A stretch of 64,000 nt of DNA from an uncultured delta proteobacterium. GTDB taxonomy: Bacteria > Myxococcota > UBA727 > VGSZ01. A model generated the notes under the pieces. It worked only from the letters and a program-made list of their open reading frames with translations. It ran no database searches and had not been told where the DNA came from. The DNA is taken from positions 672,001 to 736,000 of the forward strand of contig CAVZJB010000011.1 in assembly GCA_963775425.1 (NCBI GenBank), written 5' to 3'. Every line of letters begins with the position of its first letter. Within the stretch, counting starts at the first letter, position 1. The position numbers and the translations under genes were made by a program. Positions 15,499 to 24,463 of this stretch are shown in pieces.

Positions 15499-16644
15499 TC
15501 AGCTCTCGCCTGCCACCGCGACGGCGATGCCGTCGCGCAGGCCGGTGTCGCCCGAGATGATCACCTTGTCGCCGGGCTTGACGCCGTCCTCGATGACGAG
15601 CTCGTTTTCCACGCGGCTGCCGAGCTTGGGCTTCACCATCACGGCCTTGCCGTCGCGCACCAGGTACAGCACGGGGCCGTCGGCGGTGGCGACGACGGCC
15701 GACGCCGGCACCACCATGACGCCCTCCTGCTTGCCGAAGTCAATCTCCGCGCGGCCGAACATGTACGGCAGCAGGCCCTCCGCCGGCTTCAGCGAGACCT
15801 CGACGAGGGCGCGGCGCGTCTCGCTCTCGAGCGTGGGCGCGATGCTCGACAGCTCGCCGGCGAGGACGCGCCCGGGGAGCTCGTCGACGGTCACGCGCAC
15901 CGTCTGCCCCTTCTCGAGGCGCCCGACGTCGGAGGCGGGGACCGTGCCCTGCACCTTGAGGCCGGACTGATCCTGCACCACGAACGCCGGCTGCGCGGGG
16001 CTCGTCTGCGCGCCCACGTCGACGTTCTTCTTGGCCACCACGCCGGCGATGGGCGCGGTGACGCGGCTGTCGGCCCAGGCCTGGTTGGCGAGCCCGACCG
16101 CGGCTTCGGCCAGCGCCACTTGCGCCTCGGCCGCCTGCACGCCGACGCCCGCGAGGTGAAAGCCCGCCTCGGCCTGCTCGAAGTCGGCCTGGCTCATCGC
16201 GCCCTTGCCGTGCAGCGCCTGCGCGCGGTTCCACGACAGCGACGCCGTCTGCTGTTGCACCTTGGCGTTGTCGAGGCCGGCCTGCGCCGCCTTCTTCTGC
16301 GCTTCGGCCTGCTTCACGCGCCAGGCGAGATCGTTGGCCTCGAGGACGGCGAGCGTCTCGCCCGCCTTCACCGTCTGGCCCACCTCGGCGAGCACGCGCG
16401 TGATGCGCCCCGGCATTTTGGCGAACACCACGGCTTCGTTCCTCGCGCGCACGGTGCCCGTGATGGCGACGACGAGCGGGAGGTCCTTCTTCTCCACCAC
16501 CGCGACCGCCACCGACGGCGGCTTCTGGGCGCCCTTGTCATCGGATGCGTTGCGCTCGAGCGAGGACTTCACCCGGTAGCCGGCGACGGAGATGAACGCG
16601 GCGCAAAGCGCGACGACGATCGCCGCGATGACCAGCTTCTTCAC
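15499..16644 (-). CDS. RND periplasmic adaptor (MFP) subunit
   Basis: N-terminal TM, lipoyl halves PGRITRVLAEVGQTVKAGETLAVL and VTAPIAGVV, VVPASAVV; GTG start overlapping the upstream TGA. Confidence 0.94.
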   Translation of the reverse strand: MKKLVIAAIVVALCAAFISVAGYRVKSSLERNASDDKGAQKPPSVAVAVVEKKDLPLVVAITGTVRARNEAVVFAKMPGRITRVLAEVGQTVKAGETLAVLEANDLAWRVKQAEAQKKAAQAGLDNAKVQQQTASLSWNRAQALHGKGAMSQADFEQAEAGFHLAGVGVQAAEAQVALAEAAVGLANQAWADSRVTAPIAGVVAKKNVDVGAQTSPAQPAFVVQDQSGLKVQGTVPASDVGRLEKGQTVRVTVDELPGRVLAGELSSIAPTLESETRRALVEVSLKPAEGLLPYMFGRAEIDFGKQEGVMVVPASAVVATADGPVLYLVRDGKAVMVKPKLGSRVENELVIEDGVKPGDKVIISGDTGLRDGIAVAVAGES

Positions 16645-17297
16645 GGGTTGGCCCCGGCGGCCGCCTGGGCGCAAGAGAAGGAAGGAACGTCCTGACCCGT
16701 GCGGCACACGGGGTTCGGCGCGACCACCGCGCAGGTGTCGCTGGACGGCGCCGTGACGAGGCAGCCGTTGCACACGTCGAGGGCGAAGGTGGAGGCGGCG
16801 CCCGTGACGCCGGCGTCCACCACGAGCGGCGAGATCTGGACCACGAGCGTGGCGAACTCGAGGTCGGTGATCTTGCTGTCGTCCGCGAGCTTCTTGGTGA
16901 CGTCGCGCGGCACGAGCTCCACGTTCTCGACCACGCCCTTGCGCACGTCGTCATCCTTGCCGACGAGGAGGACGTCACCGGTGGGCACGTCGCTGAGGAC
17001 CGCGAGCTCCTTGCCGTCGCGCGTGATCTTGACGTCGACGCCGTCGACGCGGGCGTCGGCGCCGGAGATCACCATGCGCAGATCGGCGAGGTAGCCGCCG
17101 TGGGAGTTGTCGGTGGCCTTGGCGTCCATCAAGCCCGTGCCGAGCGCGGCGTCGTCGACCGTGGGCGCGGCGCAGGTGATCGACGTCCGGGGCGGCAGCA
17201 CCTCGACCGTGAGCACGGGCTCGGCGCAGCCCGCCGCCACGACGACGAGAGAGGTAGAGGCGCAGGCGAGGAGAACGGCGAACGGGCGACGGGACAT
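16641..17297 (-). CDS. Hypothetical Cys-containing lipoprotein, first gene of RND operon
   Basis: MSRRPFAVLLAC...VAAG-C lipobox; C-terminal LDVCNGCL...C...CRTGQD. Confidence 0.7.
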   Translation of the reverse strand: MSRRPFAVLLACASTSLVVVAAGCAEPVLTVEVLPPRTSITCAAPTVDDAALGTGLMDAKATDNSHGGYLADLRMVISGADARVDGVDVKITRDGKELAVLSDVPTGDVLLVGKDDDVRKGVVENVELVPRDVTKKLADDSKITDLEFATLVVQISPLVVDAGVTGAASTFALDVCNGCLVTAPSSDTCAVVAPNPVCRTGQDVPSFSCAQAAAGANP

Positions 17298-17351
17298 TCT
17301 TTCTTTTCTCCGCAGTTGACGCACGCTAGTTCGAAAGGGTAATCGTTGCAA

Positions 17352-17993
17352 ATGACAAAGTTTCGCAATGCGAAACAAGCCGGGTCGAAAGAAGCCCGGT
17401 CGAGACAAGCCCGGCCGAAACAAGCCCGGCCGAGGCGCCTGAGGCCGACAGAAGTCGCGCCTGCGCCGCTGAAGAGGCCGGCGCCGCGCGCCCGGAAAAA
17501 GGCCGCCGGGCCGCCGCTGTTGGATGCATCGATCGCTGATTCGGTGCAGGACCTCAAGCACCTCGTGCAGGAGCTCGGCCGCATGCGTCCCCTGCGGGAT
17601 CCCATCGCCACCATCGAGCACCCCCTGACCCCCGCCCAGGTCCACAGCCTGCTGTGGCTCGGCGCCGACGGAGCGCTCCCCGCGAGCGTCCTGTCCCACC
17701 GGGTGGGGTGCGGGCAACCCACCATCACCGGCGTGATCGATCGCCTGGAAAAACTGGGCTTCGCCGAGCGCGAGCGGGACACGGGCGATCGCCGCGTGGT
17801 GCGCGTGCAGCTCACGGCGAAGGGACGCACCCTCTACGCGCAGCTCGACGAGCGCATCACCGAGAAGCTCGGCCGCTTCTTCAAGGTGATGCCGCCCGCC
17901 GATCGCGCCCACCTGCTTCGCATCATCAAAGACGTCGTCGAGACATTGCGTCTGGGGGCGTCGTCGCCGTCGCCTGCCTCGGAGGAACCGTGA
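17352..17993 (+). CDS. MarR family transcriptional regulator (start uncertain)
   Basis: LTPAQVHSLLWL...PTITGVIDRLEKLGFAERERDTGDRRVVRVQLTAKG; true start could be downstream, e.g. TTG 17520. Confidence 0.9.
   Translation: MTKFRNAKQAGSKEARSRQARPKQARPRRLRPTEVAPAPLKRPAPRARKKAAGPPLLDASIADSVQDLKHLVQELGRMRPLRDPIATIEHPLTPAQVHSLLWLGADGALPASVLSHRVGCGQPTITGVIDRLEKLGFAERERDTGDRRVVRVQLTAKGRTLYAQLDERITEKLGRFFKVMPPADRAHLLRIIKDVVETLRLGASSPSPASEEP
17360..17376. promoter_or_regulatory. Candidate MarR operator, 8-1-8 inverted repeat GTTTCGCA-A-TGCGAAAC
   Basis: Perfect palindrome in the AT-richer zone between the divergent RND operon and marR-tolC. Confidence 0.5.
17372..17431. repeat. 4 x 15-bp imperfect tandem repeat (GAAACAAGCCCGGCC-like)
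   Basis: Units at 17372, 17387, 17402, 17417. Confidence 0.85.
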
Positions 17994-19603
17994 CATCCAC
18001 ACCCTTGCGTCAGCCGGCCGCCCGGGGGCTTCTCGCCCCGGCGCTCCTCGCTGCCGTCGTCGCGAGCGGCGCGGCCCAGGCCCAGAACAACGGCGCCCAG
18101 CCGGGCACCACGGGGCTGCGGGGGTTGCGCCCGACCACGGCGCCGAAGGTGATCACGCTCGACGAGGCCTTCGCCGACGCCATCCAGCACAGCTACGACC
18201 TGCGCATCGCCGCCGCCCGCCTCGACGAGTCCGAGGCCCAGGTGAAGAAGGCGTGGTCGGCGGTGATGCCGCAGATCTCCTTGAGCGGCCAGTACAACCA
18301 CAACTTCCCCGAGCAGAAGTTCGCCTTCGGCGACCCCAAGCAGTTCAAGCAGCAGGCGCTGCTCTTCAACTCCATCGCGGATCTCACCGCGGCCGCGGCC
18401 GCCGCCAACCCCGATCCGCTCCAGCAGCGCGCGGCGCTCGAGCAGGCGGACACGCTCCGGCAGACCGCCAAGGACATCGCCAACACCAAGGTCACCGACA
18501 TCATCATCACGCCGGCGGACGAGGTGAACGGGCAGCTCCAGATCACGGTGCCGCTGTTCAACGGGCGCGCGCTCCCTCTCCTGCAAAACGCGTATGCCGG
18601 CGTCGACATCACCAAGATCGCGGCGCGGGAGGCGCGCGCTGCGGTGATCTACGGCGTGGCGCGCGCCTACTTCCAGGTCGTCGCGGCCAAGCGCATCGTC
18701 GCCATCACCGATCAGCAGGTGGAGAGCTCCACTGCGCACAAGAAGCTCGCGCAGCAGCAGCTCGACGAGGGCCTCGGCACGCACCTCTCGGTGCAGCGCG
18801 CTGAGCTCGATCTCGCGCGCGCGGAGCAGCACAAAGAGGCGGCTGAGGGCGGCGTAAAGCTCGCCAAGGGCGCGCTCGGCTCGCTCATCGGCGTGGTCGA
18901 GGACTTCGACGTCGCGGAGCCGCCGCCGGTGCCCGCCCTCGAGCAGGGCAAGTCCGCCGACGAGCTGCTGGCGCGCGCGGTCCAGTCGCGCGACGACCTG
19001 CGGCTCGAGAAGCAGGCGCTCGCCGTGGCCGACCACAACAAGCTCGACGCGTGGATGCGCTTCCTGCCGAGCGTGGGCCTGGTGGCCACGGGGCGGGGCA
19101 CGTCCAACACCGGCGGCCTCGTGAGCCAGCCCTTCACCGGCGTCGTCGGCGTGCAGGCGAGCCTGCCCATCTTCGACGGCGGCCTCACGTACGGGACCAT
19201 CGACGAAGCGAACGCCAAGCTGCGCCAAGAGGTGCTGAAGGTGAGGCAGCTCGAGCAGACCATCGAGGAGGAGGTGCGGGGAACGCTCGACGACCTCACG
19301 CTCAAGCGCACCGCCGTGGAGACCGCGGACCGCGTCGCGGCGCTGGCGCACGCGCAGAAGAAGAACGTCGACGACCTGTTCGCCGCAGGCGCCGCGACGG
19401 GCCTCGACGTCACCGACGCCAGCCTCGCCGCGTTCTCCGCCGACGTCGACGCCGCTCGCGCGCGCTTCGACCTGGAGACGGCGCGGCTCGGGCTCGCGTA
19501 CGCCATCGGCGAGCTCCGCCCCGACCCCGACCTGGGCCCCAAGCCGGTGACGGGCAAGGAGGAGGAGCAGGCGCGCTCCTATCTCGACACAGCGAGCGAG
19601 TGA
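17990..19603 (+). CDS. TolC family outer membrane efflux protein
   Basis: Signal peptide, ITLDEAFADAIQHSYDL, VPLFNG, SLPIFDGG, two helical repeats; GGAGG then GTG overlapping the marR stop. Confidence 0.92.
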   Translation: MTSTPLRQPAARGLLAPALLAAVVASGAAQAQNNGAQPGTTGLRGLRPTTAPKVITLDEAFADAIQHSYDLRIAAARLDESEAQVKKAWSAVMPQISLSGQYNHNFPEQKFAFGDPKQFKQQALLFNSIADLTAAAAAANPDPLQQRAALEQADTLRQTAKDIANTKVTDIIITPADEVNGQLQITVPLFNGRALPLLQNAYAGVDITKIAAREARAAVIYGVARAYFQVVAAKRIVAITDQQVESSTAHKKLAQQQLDEGLGTHLSVQRAELDLARAEQHKEAAEGGVKLAKGALGSLIGVVEDFDVAEPPPVPALEQGKSADELLARAVQSRDDLRLEKQALAVADHNKLDAWMRFLPSVGLVATGRGTSNTGGLVSQPFTGVVGVQASLPIFDGGLTYGTIDEANAKLRQEVLKVRQLEQTIEEEVRGTLDDLTLKRTAVETADRVAALAHAQKKNVDDLFAAGAATGLDVTDASLAAFSADVDAARARFDLETARLGLAYAIGELRPDPDLGPKPVTGKEEEQARSYLDTASE

Positions 19604-19765
19604 AACGCTGACGAAAAACAAGGCTCGTAGCAGCACGCGGCGAAGCCGCCCACAAGGTGGCTCGCCGCGCGGAGTACGTGGCGAGGCACGTCGGCGCGCA
19701 AGAACCGCTGCAGGTTGTGAGGAAACGGCGGGTCCGAGCGGTGTTGTGATCCCGCTATCAGCGCA
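19601..19765 (+). mobile_element. ~165-bp dispersed repeat / MITE-like element, copy 1
   Basis: Near-identical to reverse complement of 40943-41105; starts at the tolC TGA; imperfect ends TGAAACGCTGACGAAAAAC ... GTTGTGATCCCGCTATCA. Confidence 0.85.
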
Positions 19766-19828
19766 GGTGGCGGGTTCGTGCGGGTCGTGTGCGCGCCGAC
19801 GTGCCTCGATGCGACGTCGGCGCGGACT

Positions 19829-20092
19829 TCAGGCGGTGAGCTTCGCGAGCTTCTGCAGCAGGTTGAAGGCCACGGCTGCCATCAGGGCGACCGTCGTCAC
19901 CCTCGCTAGCCCCCGTACGTAGAGCGTGTCGACGGCGTTGGCGTGCTTGGCGAGACCAGGGCGCGTGCGGTATCGCGCCTTCGCTGCGGCGCTCTTCATC
20001 CACGCCCCGTACGGGTCCAGCCGTGGATCAGGCTTCTGGTGCTTGCGGCGATCGCCGGCCCCGCGCGGCCGCGCTTGAGCTTCACCATGCAA
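19829..20092 (-). pseudogene. IS1182-family-like transposase C-terminal remnant
   Basis: WMKSAAAKARYRTR...HANA...VRGLARVTTVALMAAVAFNLL resembles the C-terminal DDE_Tnp_1_6 region; rest of gene absent. Confidence 0.65.
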
Positions 20093-20631
20093 GGTGGATC
20101 AGCTCGAGCCGCACTTTTGGTGCGCAAATCTCGGTGAGTTGCGAGTGCTTGGGCGCTCGGAATCAGCGAAGGCTAGACAACGTCGCCACCGCGGGAGCGG
20201 AAAGGAGCGGAGAGCACGGCGCCCCGGCGCTCAACTCGGCGCGCGTCTTCGTCGCCGAGCTCGGAGCTCCTTTCCGCTCCGCCGTGTGGCCGTAGCACCG
20301 TCCCCTTCCGGGTGGCTCGGATCAACGGTCCATCGGGCCAGCCCTCGTCGCCACTCGCGGCGCTCTCGATGACGCGGATCCCGATGGATCACGTTCCGTC
20401 GGTCGGGTGGCGAGGTATTTGCCGACGAGGACGAGGTAGCCGCCTTTGTCGACGGTCTCCGCGTAGTCCGCCGAGCTCGGGCCCCTGGGAAGCGGACGCG
20501 ACGACGGCGACGCGGTGGTCGGTGAGACGCCGGCGGGGCGAGCCCGATGCGACCGACGGCGGGTGGACAGGCGCGGCGGGGCGCGACGTCGTCAGCGACG
20601 AACGTCGTCCCGCCGCGCATGTCGTGACGCC

Positions 20632-23514
20632 TCAGCGGCGGCGGCGGCGGAGGAGGAGGAGGAGCGCCGCCGGGCCGAGCGACGAGAGCGCTCCGCCCTG
20701 GGCGCAACCGACGGCGCCGTTCGTGCCGTTGGCTCCGGGCGCGCCGTCGGCGCCGGGCGCTCCATCGAGGCCGTCTGCGCCGTCGGCTCCGGGCGCGCCG
20801 TCGGCTCCGGGCGCGCCGTCGAGGCCGTCCGCGCCGTCTGCGCCGTCTGCGCCGTTCGCGCCGTCTGCGCCGTTCGCGCCGTCTGCGCCGTCTGCGCCGT
20901 TCGCGCCGTCTGCGCCGTCTGCCCCGGGCGCGCCGTCTGCGCCGTTGGCCCCGCTGGCGCCGTCGGCCCCGTCGGCGCCGTTGCAGATCGGCGTGGCGAC
21001 GTCGACCTCGGTGTCGCCGAGGACGCCGTCGTCGGCGGTGTCGCCGTCGCCGCCGTCGTCGACGCCGCTTTCGACGAGCACGCCGCCGGCCGGGCACTGC
21101 GCGTCGCCCGCGGCCAGGAGGACGACGGCCACCAGGGCGTCGTGGCCGTTCGCGCCGTCTGCGCCGTCGGCCCCGTTCGCGCCGTCGGCCCCGTTCGCGC
21201 CGTCGGCCCCGTTCGCCCCGTCGGCGCCGTTCGCGCCGTCGGCCCCGTCGGCGCCGTCGGCCCCGTTCGCGCCGTCGGCCCCGTTGCACACCACCGTCGA
21301 CGCGTCGACCTCGCCGGCGCCGAGGAAGCCGTCGTCCGCGGTCTCGCCGCCGCTGCCGTCGTCGACGCCGCTCTCGATGAAGGAGCCGCCGCTGGCGCAC
21401 AGCGCGTCGCCCACGGGCAGCGTGGTGACGGAGAGGAGCGCGCTGTGTCCGTCGGCGCCGTTCGTGCCGTCGACGCCGTCGGTACCGTTCGTGCCGTCGA
21501 CGCCGTTCGTGCCGTCGACGCCGTCGGTGCCGTCGGTGCCGTTCGTGCCGTCGACGCCGTCCGTGCCGTTGCAGATCGGCGTCGCGACATCGACCTCGCC
21601 GGCGCCGAGGACGCCGTCGTCGGCGATCTCGCCGCCGCTGCCGTCGTCGACGCCGCCCTCGACGAGAGAGCCGCCGTTCGGGCACAGCGCGTCGCCGACG
21701 GCCAGGGCGGTGATCGAGACGAGCGCGCTGTGTCCGTCGGTGCCGTCGGTGCCGTTGGTGCCGTTGGTGCCGTCGGTGCCGTTGCTGCCGTCGGCCCCGT
21801 TGCACACGACCGTCGACGCGTCGACCTCGCCGGCGCCGAGGACGCCGTCGTTCGCTGTCTCGCCGCCGCTGCCGTCGTCGACGCCGCTCTCGATGAAGGA
21901 GCCGCCGGTGGGGCACAGCGCGTCGCCCACGGGCAGCGCGGTGACGGAGAGGAGCGTGCTGTGGCCGTCGACGCCATCGGAGCCGTTCGTGCCGTCGACG
22001 CCGTTCGTGCCGTCGACGCCGTCCGTGCCGTCGACGCCGGCCGTGCCGTCGACGCCGTTCGTGCCGTCGACGCCATCGACGCCGTTGCACACCACCGTCG
22101 CCGCCTCGACCTCGCCGGCGCCGAGGACGCCGTCGTCCGCGGTCTCGCCGCCGCTGCCGTCGTCGACGCCGCTCTCGATCAAGGAGCCGCCGTTGGCGCA
22201 CAGCGCGTCGCCCACGGGCAGCGCGGTGACGGAGAGGAGCACGCCGTGGCCGTCGGCGCCGTTCGCGCCATCGACGCCATCGCTGCCGTTCGCCCCGTTG
22301 CAGATCGGGGTCGTCACGTCGACCTCGCCCGCGCCGAGGACGCCGTCGTCCGCGGTCTCGCCGCCGCCGCCGTCGTCGACGCCGCTCTCCACGAGTGAAC
22401 CGCCATCGGGGCACCGCTCGTCGTCGACGGGCAGAGGGGTGATGGAGACGAGCGCGTCGTGGCCGTCGACGCCGGCCGCGCCGGCCGCGCCGTCCGCGCC
22501 GTCCGCGCCGTTCGCGCCGTCGACGCCATCGGTGCCGTTGCAGATCGGGGTCGTGACGTCGACCTCGCCGGCGCCGAGGACGCCATCGTCGGCGGTCTCG
22601 CCGCCGCTGCCGTCGTCGACGCCGCTCGCGATGAGCGAGCCGCCGTTTTGGCAGAGCTCGTCGCCCACGGGGAGGGAGAGCGCGACGAGCAGCGTATTGT
22701 GGCCGTCGGTTCCGGCGGTGCCGTTGTTGCCATCGAGGCCGTCGCTGCCGTTGCAGAGGTTCGCGGTGGTGTCGATCTCGGCGGCCTGCAGCACGCCGTC
22801 ACCGGCGACGCCGCCGTCATCCATGATGGTCTGGAAGTAGTAGTCCTGGCTCGCGTGCGCCGTGAACGGGGGGCCGCTGCCGCCGTGGTCGAACGCGGTC
22901 CCGTCGACGTAGGGGTCCGGGAGGCTGTTGCCGAAGTCCGGGCCGAAGGTGAAAGAGTGCGTGTTGTAGCCGCCCGGGCTGAAGTCGAAGCACCCCGGAT
23001 CCGACGACGCCGCCGTGCCGAGGACGATCGCGTACACCGTCCCCGCCTCGAGCGCCGCGCCCGACGTGAACGTGTAGAGCTGGATGCCCGTCGCCGGCGA
23101 GAAGGTCTGCGTCGCGAGGACGGTGCCGTTCGGGGCGCCGCCCGTCGTGGCTTCGATGCTCACGATCAGGCTCGGCGCGGGGACGGTGGTGAAGTCGTCG
23201 AAGCAGAAGCCGCCGGTCGCGTCGACGTCGAGCTCCACCTGCGTCAGCACGCCGCTGAGCCCGGCCTTGAAGGTCTGTGCAATCTCCTGGTTGTTCCCGA
23301 GGGACGTCCCGCCGTTGTTCACCGACGTCATCGCCTGGTCGGGCCCGTCGAGCGTCCCGCCGTCGTCGAGGCCGGTGTCGATCCGGGTGCCACCGGCGGG
23401 GCACACCTCGCCCGCGGGGATGGGCGTGAGCTCGAGGAGGGACGTTGCCGGGACCGCGGACGCCGCCTGCGCAGCGCCGAGGACGAGGAGTGTGACCAGA
23501 GACGGGTGCTTCAT
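20632..23514 (-). CDS. Surface protein with 8 Cys-bracketed acidic modules, collagen-like Gly-X-Y linkers and MYXO-CTERM-like tail
   Basis: Signal peptide; repeats of C..GG....SGVDDGSGGETADDGVLGAGEVD....CNG separated by (GAD/GAN/GTD)n; ends GCAQGG...AALLLLLRRRRR. Confidence 0.88.
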   Translation of the reverse strand: MKHPSLVTLLVLGAAQAASAVPATSLLELTPIPAGEVCPAGGTRIDTGLDDGGTLDGPDQAMTSVNNGGTSLGNNQEIAQTFKAGLSGVLTQVELDVDATGGFCFDDFTTVPAPSLIVSIEATTGGAPNGTVLATQTFSPATGIQLYTFTSGAALEAGTVYAIVLGTAASSDPGCFDFSPGGYNTHSFTFGPDFGNSLPDPYVDGTAFDHGGSGPPFTAHASQDYYFQTIMDDGGVAGDGVLQAAEIDTTANLCNGSDGLDGNNGTAGTDGHNTLLVALSLPVGDELCQNGGSLIASGVDDGSGGETADDGVLGAGEVDVTTPICNGTDGVDGANGADGADGAAGAAGVDGHDALVSITPLPVDDERCPDGGSLVESGVDDGGGGETADDGVLGAGEVDVTTPICNGANGSDGVDGANGADGHGVLLSVTALPVGDALCANGGSLIESGVDDGSGGETADDGVLGAGEVEAATVVCNGVDGVDGTNGVDGTAGVDGTDGVDGTNGVDGTNGSDGVDGHSTLLSVTALPVGDALCPTGGSFIESGVDDGSGGETANDGVLGAGEVDASTVVCNGADGSNGTDGTNGTNGTDGTDGHSALVSITALAVGDALCPNGGSLVEGGVDDGSGGEIADDGVLGAGEVDVATPICNGTDGVDGTNGTDGTDGVDGTNGVDGTNGTDGVDGTNGADGHSALLSVTTLPVGDALCASGGSFIESGVDDGSGGETADDGFLGAGEVDASTVVCNGADGANGADGADGADGANGADGANGADGANGADGANGADGADGANGHDALVAVVLLAAGDAQCPAGGVLVESGVDDGGDGDTADDGVLGDTEVDVATPICNGADGADGASGANGADGAPGADGADGANGADGADGANGADGANGADGADGADGLDGAPGADGAPGADGADGLDGAPGADGAPGANGTNGAVGCAQGGALSSLGPAALLLLLRRRRR

Positions 23515-23611
23515 CGCAGAGCTCCATGGAGGTCCGCGGCGATCTGCGGCGGAGTACCGTGGAGAGACATCGCCCGCTTCGGCCGAGAGTTGAGCGACTC
23601 GCCGCGGAGGA

Positions 23612-24463
23612 TCAGCGGCGCCGATGTCGGTCGAACGCGGACATCAGCCACGCCAGCGCAGAGCGGCGGCGGCGGCGCGTGCGCACGACCCCGGCCAGGA
23701 GCACGAGCGCGGCCGCCGGCGAGCCCGACGCGGAGCACGACTCCGGCGGAGGCTGCGCCGCGTCCTCGAAGCGAGCCACGGTGTCGTCGACGAACGGCTC
23801 GGCGGAGTCCACGCGCGCGTCCCAGCCGTCCTCGTGACAGTTCGGCCCGTCCGAGACCACCGCGATGATCCGCTCGACCCCGTCGTCGTCGACGAACAGG
23901 GCGGGGCCGCCGGAGTCGCCGTCGCAGGTCTGCTCGCCCGCGGCGCCGGAGAAGACGAGCGTCGGCGTCACCTGCGTGATCGGGTACGTCACCGTGCGCT
24001 TGGTGCCGCGCCCGTCGCCGCTCGCTTCGTCGGCGACGCCGAAGCCGACGTGACGGAGGGCGGCGCCGACGTCGGCGTCGGCGAGCGCGTGGCGCGAGAG
24101 CGAGAGCGGCGCCGGGTCCGCGTCGCGGTCGAGCCGCGCCAGCGCGACGTCGAAGTCGTTGCCTTCTCCGGAGTAGTCCGGGTGCCGCGCCCACTCCACC
24201 ACGTCGAAGACGTCGCCGTGGTCGACGTCGGCGCCGACGACGGCGGTCACGCGCACGCCGAGCTCGATGTCGCAGTGGCCGGCCGTGAGCACGGTGCGCT
24301 TGCCGATGAGCGTCCCGCTGCACGTCGGGAACCCGCCGAGCAGCAGCGCCACCACCGCGGGGTCGCCGGGATCGTCCTCGCCGCCGACCACGGCGTGCGC
24401 GGGCGCCGCACAGCAGAGCGCGAGCAGGAGCCCCGCCGATCGGCTCGGGGCGCGACGGCTCAA
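23612..24463 (-). CDS. S1 (trypsin-like) serine protease with MYXO-CTERM-like tail
   Basis: VVGG mature N-terminus, CSGTLI, LTAGHC, DVAL, GDSGGP; tail SCSASG..ALVLLAGVVRTRRRRR; TTG start overlaps upstream TGA. Confidence 0.9.
   Translation of the reverse strand: MSRRAPSRSAGLLLALCCAAPAHAVVGGEDDPGDPAVVALLLGGFPTCSGTLIGKRTVLTAGHCDIELGVRVTAVVGADVDHGDVFDVVEWARHPDYSGEGNDFDVALARLDRDADPAPLSLSRHALADADVGAALRHVGFGVADEASGDGRGTKRTVTYPITQVTPTLVFSGAAGEQTCDGDSGGPALFVDDDGVERIIAVVSDGPNCHEDGWDARVDSAEPFVDDTVARFEDAAQPPPESCSASGSPAAALVLLAGVVRTRRRRRSALAWLMSAFDRHRRR

Noticed and set aside
20632-22800. Possible CRISPR-like or non-coding repeat array
   Set aside because: The repeats are in-frame coding modules and Gly-X-Y linkers of one protein; no constant repeat with unique spacers and no cas genes.
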